A DNA stretch of 63,925 bases, the filler included, from Octopus bimaculoides (taxonomy: Eukaryota): the NCBI RefSeq assembly GCF_001194135.2. It is 7 parts of 5 records of this genome, joined end to end, with 100 filler letters (N's around TTAATTAATTAA, not from the genome) between each part and the next. Parts side by side here need not be neighbours in the genome. Positions count along the whole stretch, not along the records: positions 13,493 to 21,618 come from NC_068981.1; positions 21,719 to 31,875 come from NC_068982.1; 5 more parts are not named here. One strand, written 5' to 3'. Position numbers and translations under genes: made by a program. Under the pieces are notes generated by a model. It worked only from the letters and a program-made list of their open reading frames with translations. It made no database searches and was not told the DNA's origin. Each line of letters starts with the position of its first letter. Within the stretch, counting starts at the first letter, position 1. Shown here piece by piece: positions 13,393-24,772 of the stretch.

Positions 13393-13436
13393 NNNNNNNN
13401 NNNNNNNNNNNNNNNNNNNNNNNNNNNNNNNNNNNN

Positions 13437-13448
13437 TTAATTAATTAA
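13437..13448. other. Artificial scaffold linker TTAATTAATTAA within N gap (also 21663-21674, 31920-31931, 49839-49850, 55940-55951, 60862-60873)
   Basis: Identical 12-mer embedded in N runs six times; it gives stop codons in all six frames. Confidence 0.9.
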
Positions 13449-13492
13449 NNNNNNNNNNNNNNNNNNNNNNNNNNNNNNNNNNNNNNNNNNNN

Positions 13493-13528
<36 letters not shown>

Positions 13529-13685
13529 GCATATATATATGTATATATATGTATATATGCATGTATATATGTATATTTATAGATACTGTGCATAAATACA
13601 TACTATTTATAAGTACATATATATATATGTATACATATGTATATTAAGTATATATATATGTATATTTATTATATATATCTATATA

Positions 13686-13773
<88 letters not shown>

Positions 13774-14428
13774 ATGTGGAGATAGATAAATAGAGAAATA
13801 GAGAGAGAGAAAGAGAGAAAGAGAGTGTGAGAGAGAGAGAGAGAGAAAGAGAGAGCTGAATTTAATACGCGCCTACATTAATAGCTAATTTCATATGTTA
13901 ATATACTTGTGAAGACACGCAATTCATATTAAAATATCAAATAGCATTAATAAAGTTTGTGAAAGGATGAAATTTTGTTTTCAAAAAGTACAATAAAACA
14001 ATTATGAATAGGAGGCATAGAAGTTGTGCTGAAGATAAATGGAAGACGTAGCTGAAGAAGGAAGGAAATAGTTAGAAATAAAGCCATTAAATGATTTTAC
14101 TGCGTAGTAAATGGTGAATACGCCTTTCAGGTATGACTTCGCTTGACAGTAGAAGTACACGATCTGTTAATTTACTATTAAATGGTTCAGTTGACTGACA
14201 TAGAACAACCACAGATCATTAGTATCCATTTTGTTTTATTCTTTGCTGTCAGACATATCTGTGGTTGTTGGCAGTATAAGAATGCAAAATTAAAAGCATA
14301 ACAATATATATTGTCCTGTAAAAGTTTGCCTTTCCATAAATGTTGAAGCTCAATTTAAAATATAAAATTAATAGGCTTCAAGGAAATTATCAGACACTGA
14401 GATAATGGTTTCGTCTCTCCACCACATC

Positions 14429-14808
14429 GTGGCCTTCCATTGGTTACGACGACGAGGGTTCCAGTTGATCCGATCAACGGAACAGCCTGCTCGTGAAATT
14501 AACGTGCAAGTGGCTGAGCACTCCACAAACACGTGTAACCTTAATGTAGTTCTCGGGGAGGTTCAGCGTGACACAGAGTGTGGCAAGGCTGGCCCTTTGA
14601 AATACAGGTACAAGAGAAACAGGTAGAAAAAACCGAAAGTTGTGGTGAAAGAGTACAGCAGGGTTCACCACCTTCCTCTGCCGGAGCCTCGTGGAGCTTT
14701 AGGTGTTTTCGTTCAATAAAAACGCAGAACGTCCGCTCTGGGAATCGAAACCGCGACCCTATGACCGCGATTCCGATGCCGTAACCACTAGACCATTGCG
14801 CCTCCACA
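14429..14808 (-). mobile_element. SINE family B, full length
   Basis: Minus strand starts tgtggaggcgcaatggtctagtggtt...ggtttcgattccc (tRNA-like A/B boxes); body matches 44672-45038. Confidence 0.88.
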
Positions 14809-14831
14809 CACACACACACAGACACACACAG

Positions 14832-14863
<32 letters not shown>

Positions 14864-15699
14864 ACACACAGACACACACATCATAATAATAATTACATTG
14901 GGGTAAGTAACCCTAGTTGTTTACTCTATTATACTCATCGACGGATATTGGCTATCAGACGCAGCTGTAAACTAGAGATCATTTGTTCAACCAAGAAATG
15001 TCTTAGAATCCACGAGTATCCAGAGAGTTTGTATAATGCCAAATTAAAGGAATGGAATAAGCAAATAATTTTACTACTTAAATTTACAATTGTTTTCGTC
15101 TTAGTCCAATACAATCAACCTTGCCAAATTATGTAATAATTTATGCAACTATTGATTACTTTCCATGTTACTCGGAGCAAACTTGATAATCCACTAAAGA
15201 ATGAGATTCTTTGGAATTGCCTATAAAATAATATGCTGAAAGAAAACTAAATATATACTTCACGAGTTGGGCGTGAATGCATGTAAATAGTATAAGAAAG
15301 AAAAAGAAAACATTCAGTGCCGAGTATTCAATTAGTCAAGTGATTTTTTTCGGTTCAGGTAGGAAAATTAATTACCTTATCAGTTGGTTGTCAAGTTATG
15401 TAGCGGTTTGTCTCATTAAATAGTTGGTTTATGATCCTCTAAGCGGTATTTCGTTCAATAGCTAGGCGGATACATATTTGGACAATAAGCTTAGATTTTA
15501 TCTATTTAAAGGCTTAGAGTCATTTGTCACTATAGCACTGAACCATTCATATACACGAGCACTCACATGCCTACATGTAGTGATACATTTTCATGAATAA
15601 CTTCGTTAGCGTACTTGTCCTATTTTATATACTAAGGAGTAAAAAAAGTAAGATCAATTTATATACATACATATTTAAAAGAATAAATTATGTTCATAT

Positions 15700-16190
15700 A
15701 CATGCTTATGTTAAACTTTATTATTGTCGATGGCAGTAGCATTAATACCAAAGGCATGTATGACTCTGGTTTTATGGACCATACGCTTATGTGAGAAGAT
15801 TTGACAATGATAATAATGCAGTAACCGGAGTCTTTACAAAACATCCATGCTAAGTTGGATATGAATAGAAACTTTGGGTACTAATACTGCATCCATCGCG
15901 AATAGCTAATTTTTAATAAGCCTGCTGGCTATTTGTGACAACAGTGTCTGAAAAGATGCTGATATTTTACATATCGCAGCAGCGAGATTTGACTGGTATG
16001 AGATAACCGAACGCCTCCTACTGATGATTTCCAGTAGAATGAAATAACGTGATATGAGAGTTCTGGCGGTCATAACAGACGACTTCCGTCTGCCATGGTT
16101 TATCCCTGTGGTTTTAGGCACCATACATATATAATGGGATATCTCAAGGCGAATAGCGCAGTATTCGGTGTTCATCCACATTAAATTGGA
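15700..16190 (-). mobile_element. Possible Merlin/IS1016-like transposase remnant
   Basis: Broken frame NVDE...MYGA*NHRDKPW...FGYLIPV...SDTVVTNSQQAY*KL resembles the IDES/FGxRKxxRG/GYLxxVxxR/GTxIxSDxWxAYxxL series. Confidence 0.3.
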
Positions 16191-17099
16191 TATAAAAATT
16201 TCCGTTTGTTACTAATACTGCTTCCGTCGCTAATAATCAACACACGCACACGCACGCGCACACGCACACACACACACTCACGCGCACACACACACACTCA
16301 CGCACACACACACACACACATACACACGTACTTACGCACGCACATACGCACGCACATACGCACGCACGTACGCATGCACACACACATACTCTCACACATA
16401 CTACATATATTTCCATTCTTCGCTGTAGGAAGTGAATCTCCTAGCATTTAGCCTCTGCTAGCAGCTTATTCGTTTCATAAATATGGTCTTCCTGCTGTGT
16501 CTTGGTAGGATTCTTGGATGTTTCCGCTCTTTATATCAGCTTCATAACGTGGAGAGAACTCGGGAGAAATAATCTAGTTGATTGAGGAGAAATATTTTCA
16601 GCAGATCCAGTATAGCCGTTTTAAAAAAAACCTTCCCAATATCCACAATATAGTCACCTGCACGCCGTTGACACTTTAGTAAAATGCATATGAAATAACG
16701 CATCATTACTCATTTTAATTGACATATTATGAACTGACTGTGATGAAAAAAATTACAATTTTTACTGCTTCTGTGTATCTTGGATGCGATACACTGGGGA
16801 GTTGATAGTGAAATGCTTGAATCTGTATAGTATTAAATTGTAAGGTATTTTTATTTGCTCATTTGCGTATAGTATTCAGGTTTGGTAATAAACGACATTT
16901 TTTTTTTACTTTTTATTTTCTTATCGGCATCATCACAAGAGAGAATGGTTGTTTGTCCAATTTGAGAAAAATGATTTGGAAAGCTATAATAAACAGCAAT
17001 GAGCGCAAGATATTTCCCTAAGGTACTCTACTCTGATTTATTGAATATTTACAAAAAGCACCTGCTTGACAAAATCCTACAGCTACTCTACTAGTATAT

Positions 17100-17700
17100 C
17101 ATCTATTTCAAATTACTACAGCCTCTGACATCTTGTATGATTAACTTTGCATAAGGCTTTCATTGTGTCATGATATGTGGCGTTCGCATGCTGCTTGTGT
17201 ATAATGTTATAATGCTGTAGAAGCTCTGTGTAACAGTTTCTGTCTAGTTTGAAATTTTTCTCTAAGAAAGTAATTATATCTTCCCAACCACATGCTTCCG
17301 GGTTAAGTTCCACTGCGGGCACAAAGTTTTGTGAGTGGATTTGATTTACGGAAACTGAAAGAAGACTGTGTTTGTCCGCCCTCCATCACCGACTGATAAC
17401 GGGGGTTGGTGTGTTTACGTCCCCGTAACTTAGCGGTTCGGCAAAACAGACTGATAGAATAAGAAATAGGCATTAAAAATATAAGTCTTTTGCTCGAAAC
17501 AAGTAAAAGAACAAAAGAATATCTTGGGTAATGCTCCTTAGAATTCTTGATGTGTGAAATTAGAGAGATAGGCATGCAATTGTTAGAACCTGCGTTTCTT
17601 TCGTTTTGGATTTTTCAGACATTTATAACTTCAATGAAAGTTGGAAGAGAATGCGGAGTGGATTTCTCGAAGACATTTTGTATATTTCAAAGACAAATCT
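17100..17700 (-). mobile_element. RTE-type LINE reverse-transcriptase fragment, interrupted by a SINE
   Basis: NAGSNNCMPISLISH (CSNYRTISLISH-like) near 17540-17600 and DTMKALCKVNH (DYxKAFDxVxH-like) near 17140-17170. Confidence 0.6.
17284..17518 (+). mobile_element. SINE family A, internally deleted
   Basis: aaccacatgcttccggg...gtgagtggatttg...gtccccgtaacttagcggttcggcaaaa...gaaacaagtaaaaga. Confidence 0.85.
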
Positions 17701-17754
17701 TGAATAATCATTGAAGTACAAGGTATTGCCAGACTTAAGTAATAATTATAATTC

Positions 17755-18370
17755 ACATAAATAGTTGTGTGAAAGGGCAATTCTTACTCCCCAAAAATGG
17801 CACATGTGCAAGAATTAACCGTGAATCAATGAATACGATTCCAGCAGTCATTAAGAAGTACAAATCAGTTGATTCAGTCCTTGATGAAAATCAAACTGTC
17901 CATTACCCATCAGAGATCCTTAATTCTCTTGAACCACCTGGAATTCCCCCACATGAATTTTTCTGAAGGTAGGGGTCCCAGTAATGCTTCTAAGAAATTT
18001 GGATCCTACTAAATTATGCGATGGGACAAGGTTGATTGTGAAGACATTATCACTTAATGTGACAAAAGCTACTATCGTCACTGGATGTACCTCTGGGGAA
18101 GAGGTTTTCGTTCAAAGAATTCCAATCAAACCAACAGACATGCCCTTTGAGTTCAAATGAACACAATTCCCAATGCAACTTTGCTTTGCAATGTCTATTA
18201 ATAAAGCTCAATGTCAGTCTTTGAAATCTACTGGCCTGCTTTTCTCATGGTCAACTTTGTTGCTGCTCCAGGGTAGGTCATTTGCAAGACTTATTTGTCT
18301 ATGCTTCAAACCAGAAAAAGAACAAAAAAAAAAGTTTACCCAGAAGCTATTACACAATTTCCTTCAACAT
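17755..18370 (+). mobile_element. Helitron Pif1-helicase C-terminal fragment
   Basis: HYPSEILNSLEPPGIPPHE / LKVGVPVMLLRNLDPTKLCDGTRLIV / FPMQLCFAMSINKAQCQSL / CFSHGQL..CSRVG, with frameshifts and a stop. Confidence 0.92.
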
Positions 18371-18424
18371 ATGTAGTACAATTTATCTCCTTTCACAAAA
18401 ATGGTAAATTTTGTATTCTCGTTT

Positions 18425-18435
18425 ATTATTATTAA

Positions 18436-18518
<83 letters not shown>

Positions 18519-18524
18519 TTATTA

Positions 18525-18579
<55 letters not shown>

Positions 18580-18624
18580 CATTATTATCATCATCATCAT
18601 CATTATTATTATTATCATTATTAT
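18425..18624. repeat. (TAT)n/(CAT)n microsatellite
   Basis: Trinucleotide array running into a gap. Confidence 0.95.
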
Positions 18625-19574
18625 NNNNNNNNNNNNNNNNNNNNNNNNNNNNNNNNNNNNNNNNNNNNNNNNNNNNNNNNNNNNNNNNNNNNNNNNNNNN
18701 NNNNNNNNNNNNNNNNNNNNNNNNNNNNNNNNNNNNNNNNNNNNNNNNNNNNNNNNNNNNNNNNNNNNNNNNNNNNNNNNNNNNNNNNNNNNNNNNNNNN
18801 NNNNNNNNNNNNNNNNNNNNNNNNNNNNNNNNNNNNNNNNNNNNNNNNNNNNNNNNNNNNNNNNNNNNNNNNNNNNNNNNNNNNNNNNNNNNNNNNNNNN
18901 NNNNNNNNNNNNNNNNNNNNNNNNNNNNNNNNNNNNNNNNNNNNNNNNNNNNNNNNNNNNNNNNNNNNNNNNNNNNNNNNNNNNNNNNNNNNNNNNNNNN
19001 NNNNNNNNNNNNNNNNNNNNNNNNNNNNNNNNNNNNNNNNNNNNNNNNNNNNNNNNNNNNNNNNNNNNNNNNNNNNNNNNNNNNNNNNNNNNNNNNNNNN
19101 NNNNNNNNNNNNNNNNNNNNNNNNNNNNNNNNNNNNNNNNNNNNNNNNNNNNNNNNNNNNNNNNNNNNNNNNNNNNNNNNNNNNNNNNNNNNNNNNNNNN
19201 NNNNNNNNNNNNNNNNNNNNNNNNNNNNNNNNNNNNNNNNNNNNNNNNNNNNNNNNNNNNNNNNNNNNNNNNNNNNNNNNNNNNNNNNNNNNNNNNNNNN
19301 NNNNNNNNNNNNNNNNNNNNNNNNNNNNNNNNNNNNNNNNNNNNNNNNNNNNNNNNNNNNNNNNNNNNNNNNNNNNNNNNNNNNNNNNNNNNNNNNNNNN
19401 NNNNNNNNNNNNNNNNNNNNNNNNNNNNNNNNNNNNNNNNNNNNNNNNNNNNNNNNNNNNNNNNNNNNNNNNNNNNNNNNNNNNNNNNNNNNNNNNNNNN
19501 NNNNNNNNNNNNNNNNNNNNNNNNNNNNNNNNNNNNNNNNNNNNNNNNNNNNNNNNNNNNNNNNNNNNNNNNNN

Positions 19575-19605
<31 letters not shown>

Positions 19606-20039
19606 ATGAGAAATAATTCAGATTCACTTGAATTAGGTGCTTAATTTGAGGGACCAAGTCAGTCCCGTATTGTCCGCACAACTTGAAGTAAGAAGGATTC
19701 CAGACATTAGTGCATTACGGGCGTTTCACGGGATTCTATTTAACTGATCAATGCAAGCATTACATCAATTTGAAATAAACTGCTCTCCTCGGTTGTATAA
19801 GACGATATAGGTTTTCAGCATGGAGGATACTCCATTATATTTTTTTAGCAAATTTTTCATTAAAATTGGAGAATAAAAGAATTACAATACTTACTGCTAT
19901 TTTTGTATTATAATGAACTTAGAGAGAAAATACTTAAAGCCTCCTATAATTTAGAGTGGTAGAAGAAAATAACAATGGCGGTCAAGAAAGAGAGGTGGTG
20001 ATATGGCTACATTCATCTTTATCCTTATCACAATCAAAA

Positions 20040-21566
20040 GATCTAATACAGCATGTATTCTACATCCATTTAAAATTAAAAGCCATTGGGAATTGACAGT
20101 TAAGTTCTTGCAGCTGGTGGTAACTTAATGTCAGATACTCTTCCCTACACTTATTTTACTGAGACTATAAAATCGCCATGTCTACATAAAGGAACATGGC
20201 TCAGATGATGCAAGCAAGATAATGGTATACGAGTGATAACGAGAAAGAGGAGGGACAGGGGTAACTTAAACTATATTATGATTATCGATTAAAGTAGCAA
20301 AACAAAGGAGGTCACAATGAGATCTAAGTGGATATTAAGGGTACAGGGAGAAAACTGTATATCCAAATTTAGCAAAGGTTATATATTAATATTAATATAT
20401 TATTATATTTTATATATTAAATAATAACATTTAGAAAGAGGTATAAGGACTAAGTAAGAGAAGGATAGATAAAAACAATCTAAGCCCTAAAAATGGGGTA
20501 CTTTTATATAAAATAGAAATCTCATAATGCTTCATCCTAGCAAACTATCAAGGCGGTCATTATAAAACTATTCAACCATAAACCCATAATTAAATTCAGA
20601 TCTCATCTGAGAAGGATTATATATTTTCTATTGTCTGAAAACCAAAGATTAAGTGCTAAAAAAGATAAGCAAGTCTATAAGAGATAAACTTATTTAAAGG
20701 AACATTGAAAAAATATAATTATATAAAAATTTCCACCATTTTGAAAAGATCTTAGAGGATATAAGAAGGTATAAAAATACCACATATGTATACATAAAAA
20801 TATCATAGCATAATATTATAAAATATAAATACAGAAAATAAATATAAATACTATATTGTATTATAATATACCATGATTAACTATAGAGAGAAGTTGCAAA
20901 ACCCTTCACAATGCATCGAAGTTACACCAGTATATACGAGGGTAAATAGGTATACAAAATACAAAATATAATAATACAATATAATATGATATAAAAGAAC
21001 AAATAAAATAAACTAAGAAAAATAAAAGGGAGAATTATTTATATAAAATTTCAATAAAGGATTTGTAAAATGAAAAAAATAGACATAAAAATAAAAATCT
21101 TACATTGTGAAAATCATAAATCATATACTGAGTAAAAAAGTGGTAAAAGATTAAAAAAATAAGGGTAAGTCGAGGTATTCTTAAAAAAAGCAAATTAAAA
21201 ATAAATAAAATAAGTAGTTAAACTCTTGGTTGGATAATGATACGCGTGAGGAGTGTAATGTGGGTCTTGTATTAGCATGTATATATTTATTATACAAAAT
21301 GAGATAACAAAACCAAGGATGGGAGGCGTTTTCAGGACATTTATAAGAAAATAGTCTTACAGCTGTTTCTGGGATAGTATATGGAACTGCAACTACTGTA
21401 TCTTCATATATTTTATATATCTTATTTCTACTTTCATTCTCTTATTCCCTATTCCCTATCTCATCCTTTTCCATAATAATTCGCTCTCAAATATTCCTCT
21501 ATTTAACCTTCTACTACCGTCTCTGCTGAAGGGATATTCATAATATCCCCTAAACACCTGTAAGAT
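20040..21566. mobile_element. Highly decayed, A-rich, probably Penelope-derived region
   Basis: No clear ORF. It ends in two oppositely oriented copies of the tcttacagctgtttc.gggata terminal motif shared with 22168-22190 and 53420-53442. Confidence 0.35.
21519..21566 (+). ncRNA. Degenerate minimal hammerhead ribozyme
   Basis: GTCT-CTGCTGA-A-GGGATAT(tcata)ATATCCC-CTAAAC-acct-GTA-AGAT. Stems are intact but the core has A6>C and G12>U. Confidence 0.55.
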
Positions 21567-22167
21567 CTATATCTATATCTATATCTATATCTATATCTAT
21601 ATCTATCTATCTATCTATNNNNNNNNNNNNNNNNNNNNNNNNNNNNNNNNNNNNNNNNNNNNTTAATTAATTAANNNNNNNNNNNNNNNNNNNNNNNNNN
21701 NNNNNNNNNNNNNNNNNNGTGACCATGCCGGTGTAAGGGTAGAGGGAGGAAGTAGAAGAATAGGTGAGCAGCGAGAGGAAAAGAGAAAGAGAGGAAGTAC
21801 GAGGGGGAAAAAAGAGATACGTAGAAGTAACAGAGGAAGAACGAGAGGGGTAAAGCGAGATACGTAGTAGTAAAGAGAAAGAACGAGAGGGGGGGAAATG
21901 ATAGAGGAAGAGAAAGAGATAGAGTAGCGTCGGAAAATATAAGTTTACGAAAAACTACTTACGAATTGGAGACGCTGCGTTCAGTCATGTAAAAACAAAT
22001 AGTAAATGAGTATATGCATATATACGTACAGGTACGTGCGTACCGACATCCACCTGTATGTAGAGAGAGAGAGAGAAAGAGAGAGAAAAGAAAAGAAATG
22101 GAGCAATAAATAACAATGAGAAGTTGATCATTGGTATTAGAAGGTCATAGTTTAACTGTAGTTCAGA

Positions 22168-22250
22168 ACCATTTACAGCTGTTTCTGTCTATCAAATCGA
22201 AATAAATTTGCATTTATCTCGTTCCATTTAACAAACATCGTCAGAATGAT
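22168..22250 (-). ncRNA. Type I hammerhead ribozyme, catalytic core intact
   Basis: Minus strand: AUCAUU-CUGACGA-[52-nt stem II]-GAAAC-AGCU-GUA^AAUGGU. Stem I has 6 bp. Stem II has 12 bp, a GGAA bulge and 10 bp closed by a GCAA tetraloop. Stem III has 2 bp with a palindromic AGCU loop. Confidence 0.85.
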
Positions 22251-22479
22251 TTAGAGGAATATAAATGGGAGAAAAATAGAAATGAAAAGAAAAAGATAAA
22301 GGAAAAAGTTCGTTAAGTCTTTAGGCTTACATTTTAGTGGCTTTTTGGGTTCCACGTGTGTGTACGTTTCTTCAATTAGATGAATGGAACAGTAAGTGGG
22401 GAAAATGACTAGTTGACCGGCGGTGTTAGTCGAAGGCGTTATACCTAGTGGAGATATCTGGTGTTGTTAATTGTCATAT

Positions 22480-22655
22480 ATAACGCTAGGCTAGTCTCTA
22501 TGATTACAAATAATGCCCTCGCTGTAATTTATGCATGAATGAGAAATTCTTCATTTTAATAGCCAAATCAGAATAACTTGAATGACGAGAAAATACGACA
22601 TGTTTGCATAAAGATAAATTCTTATTCTCGAAATACCGCTAATACCCACATTACA
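22480..22655 (+). mobile_element. Penelope-like GIY-YIG C-terminal remnant
   Basis: ASLYDYK*CPRCNLCMNEKFFILIAKSE*LE*RENTTCLHKDKFLFSKYR*, the CxLCxxEK...CxHxxKF signature. Confidence 0.75.
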
Positions 22656-22894
22656 AGTTACTAGCTGATCTAGGTAAGCACACGAGAGATAAGTACAGGA
22701 CAAAATGCTAAAACATACACAATAAGTACAGGAAATCACGAACAAGTGAAAAATACGTAAACACATGAGAGATAAGTACAGGACAAAATACCAAAAGATA
22801 ACTCGCTCGTCAGTTGTTGAATATTTTACTACTCCCTATTTCGTGTTTTTAACAAGATAGGAAAACATATATATATATATATANNNNNNNNNNA

Positions 22895-23382
22895 TGGCGT
22901 ATCGTCAGACCCCAGAACTCGTTGGCCTAAGACCTCTTCAAAATACGGATGGTAAAAAGCCTCGCTACGAAGGTAAACAATAGGGGATTATTTCCCTTTG
23001 CCATTGGCTATCGACTTCCGGCTGTGCCGCCATCTTGCAGATTCCAAGAAGCTAGCAGGAATTTCCTAAAATGTAAACATAGCCAGAAAAATCTCCGTTC
23101 TGGAATTAAGGATGCTTCCTGGTTCGAGCCAGTCTTTTAAGATTCTCGAGCGTTCAGCTATGCATAACTTGCAACGATTCGTCCCGTTGACGCAGGGTCC
23201 TGAGTTTTCAAGGATTTTCCATAAGATCGAGTATGGGATCCCATCGTCTCTTAGTTACCAGGAATGATTGGCCAGCGATGTTACGTATCTCCTTTCCGGA
23301 ACTCTAGTTGGAAAGACGTTGCTTGACAGAATTCCCAGTACATCCAATGTATTTCCGTGGGCGCGTGTTATCGGTGCTGCAC

Positions 23383-23417
<35 letters not shown>

Positions 23418-24195
23418 ATTGTCGCCGATGATGTTGTTGTTGGAGCTGGGGCTGCTGGTGATGGCGTCGCTGGAGGTGGTTGTGGCGTCGGTAATGTTAC
23501 CGCCCCTGCACGTGTTGTCGATGCCGCACCAAAACATCAGGGTGGTGGCGAGGAAGAGGAGGAGGAGGCTCATCATAATGTTGACAGCAACGACGAAAAC
23601 TTAAGGACCTTAGACTCTGAATTTTCAGACAAACTGGGACAAAGATTTTGAGTTTCCCATATTCTTTGCTCTAAATGAGTGAAGATGCTGCGAGTAAGGA
23701 ACCATGGAAGTGTTTGTAGCGAGACATATATAAATCCTTTCTGTACTGTCCAGTAGCGTAACCAATGCTCTGCGACTTCTTTAGAGATACAGAATGCATT
23801 GAGTGGAGAGGTAGGTAAATTTCGACTGTTATAAATTGATTATTTAGGTGTGAGTGGGTGTTTTCGTTTGTAGTATGTAATCTGGAAAGCGATGATATTC
23901 ATGCAGGAATAGCTGATGTTAACGTTTTGTGTTTTAAAAAGTTTATTGTATTTCTGCGTCGTCGTGAAGTTTTGTCTTTCTAATTTCATGGTCATGTCCA
24001 AGTTATTTGGTGGATTAAACAAATAATTTTCTTCCTCTTCGTTCTATGCTGATATAAGGTGGATTCAGTATCCTTTATGGACTCTAGCTTCTCGTTGAAA
24101 TTGCTTCTAGCAAATATTTCCTAACAGTATGGGGTAGTCTTGCTAAAGCTGTTCCTATGAATGGATAGATTAGGTATCAAGATTCTTCATGGATC
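22895..24195 (-). mobile_element. Penelope-like element: RT thumb/linker plus GIY-YIG, decayed
   Basis: FNPP...KLFKTQNVNISYSCMN...PLNAFCISKEV then RKYIGCTGNSVKQRLSN...TSLANHSW...ILWKIL...NRCKLCIAERSRIL...LNSRTE. Confidence 0.85.
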
Positions 24196-24345
24196 GGTGC
24201 AATGAAATTTTCTGTATGTATACGATGTCTTCGTTTGGATTTCAGTCAATACATACTTTTTATATGTGTGTATGTATATATAATGGTGCACACCTGTTTG
24301 TTGTTTATACATTGGTCTTGTCTTGCGTTTTTTGTAAATTCCAAC

Positions 24346-24394
<49 letters not shown>

Positions 24395-24413
24395 ACACAT
24401 ACATATATACATA

Positions 24414-24762
24414 TTCTTTTATTTTTTATTTGTGTCAATCATTTGACTACGGTCATGCTGGAGTACCACCTTTTAGTCGAAGAAATCGACCGCTGAACTT
24501 ATTATTTGTAACCTTGGTACTTATCCTATCGGTCTCTTTTGCCGAACCGCCAAGTTACAGGGATGTAAACGCACCAACATTAGTTGTCAAGCGATAGGGG
24601 GGGGGGGGTAAAACATAGGCACAAAGGCACACACATACATATATATGCATATATATACGACAGGCTTTTTTCAGTTTCCGTCTACCAAATCCACTCACAG
24701 GGCTTTGGTCGGCCCAAGGTGATAGTAGACGACACTTGCCCAAGGTACCACACAGCCACTCC
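24414..24762 (-). mobile_element. SINE family A, head partly deleted
   Basis: Reverse-complement match to 40499-40890. Confidence 0.88.
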
Positions 24763-24772
24763 TATATATATA

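Noticed and set aside
14740-14808. tRNA genes at SINE heads (also 29360, 40499, 52357, 60960)
   Set aside because: A/B boxes are present but continue into SINE bodies; no complete cloverleaf.
16018-16060. CTGATGA...GAAA as a hammerhead
   Set aside because: Stem II and stem I pair poorly, and it lies inside a putative transposase relic.
23268-23651. Ala/Val/Gly-rich ORF as a secreted or structural protein
   Set aside because: Degenerate trinucleotide repeat within a Penelope remnant on the opposite strand.
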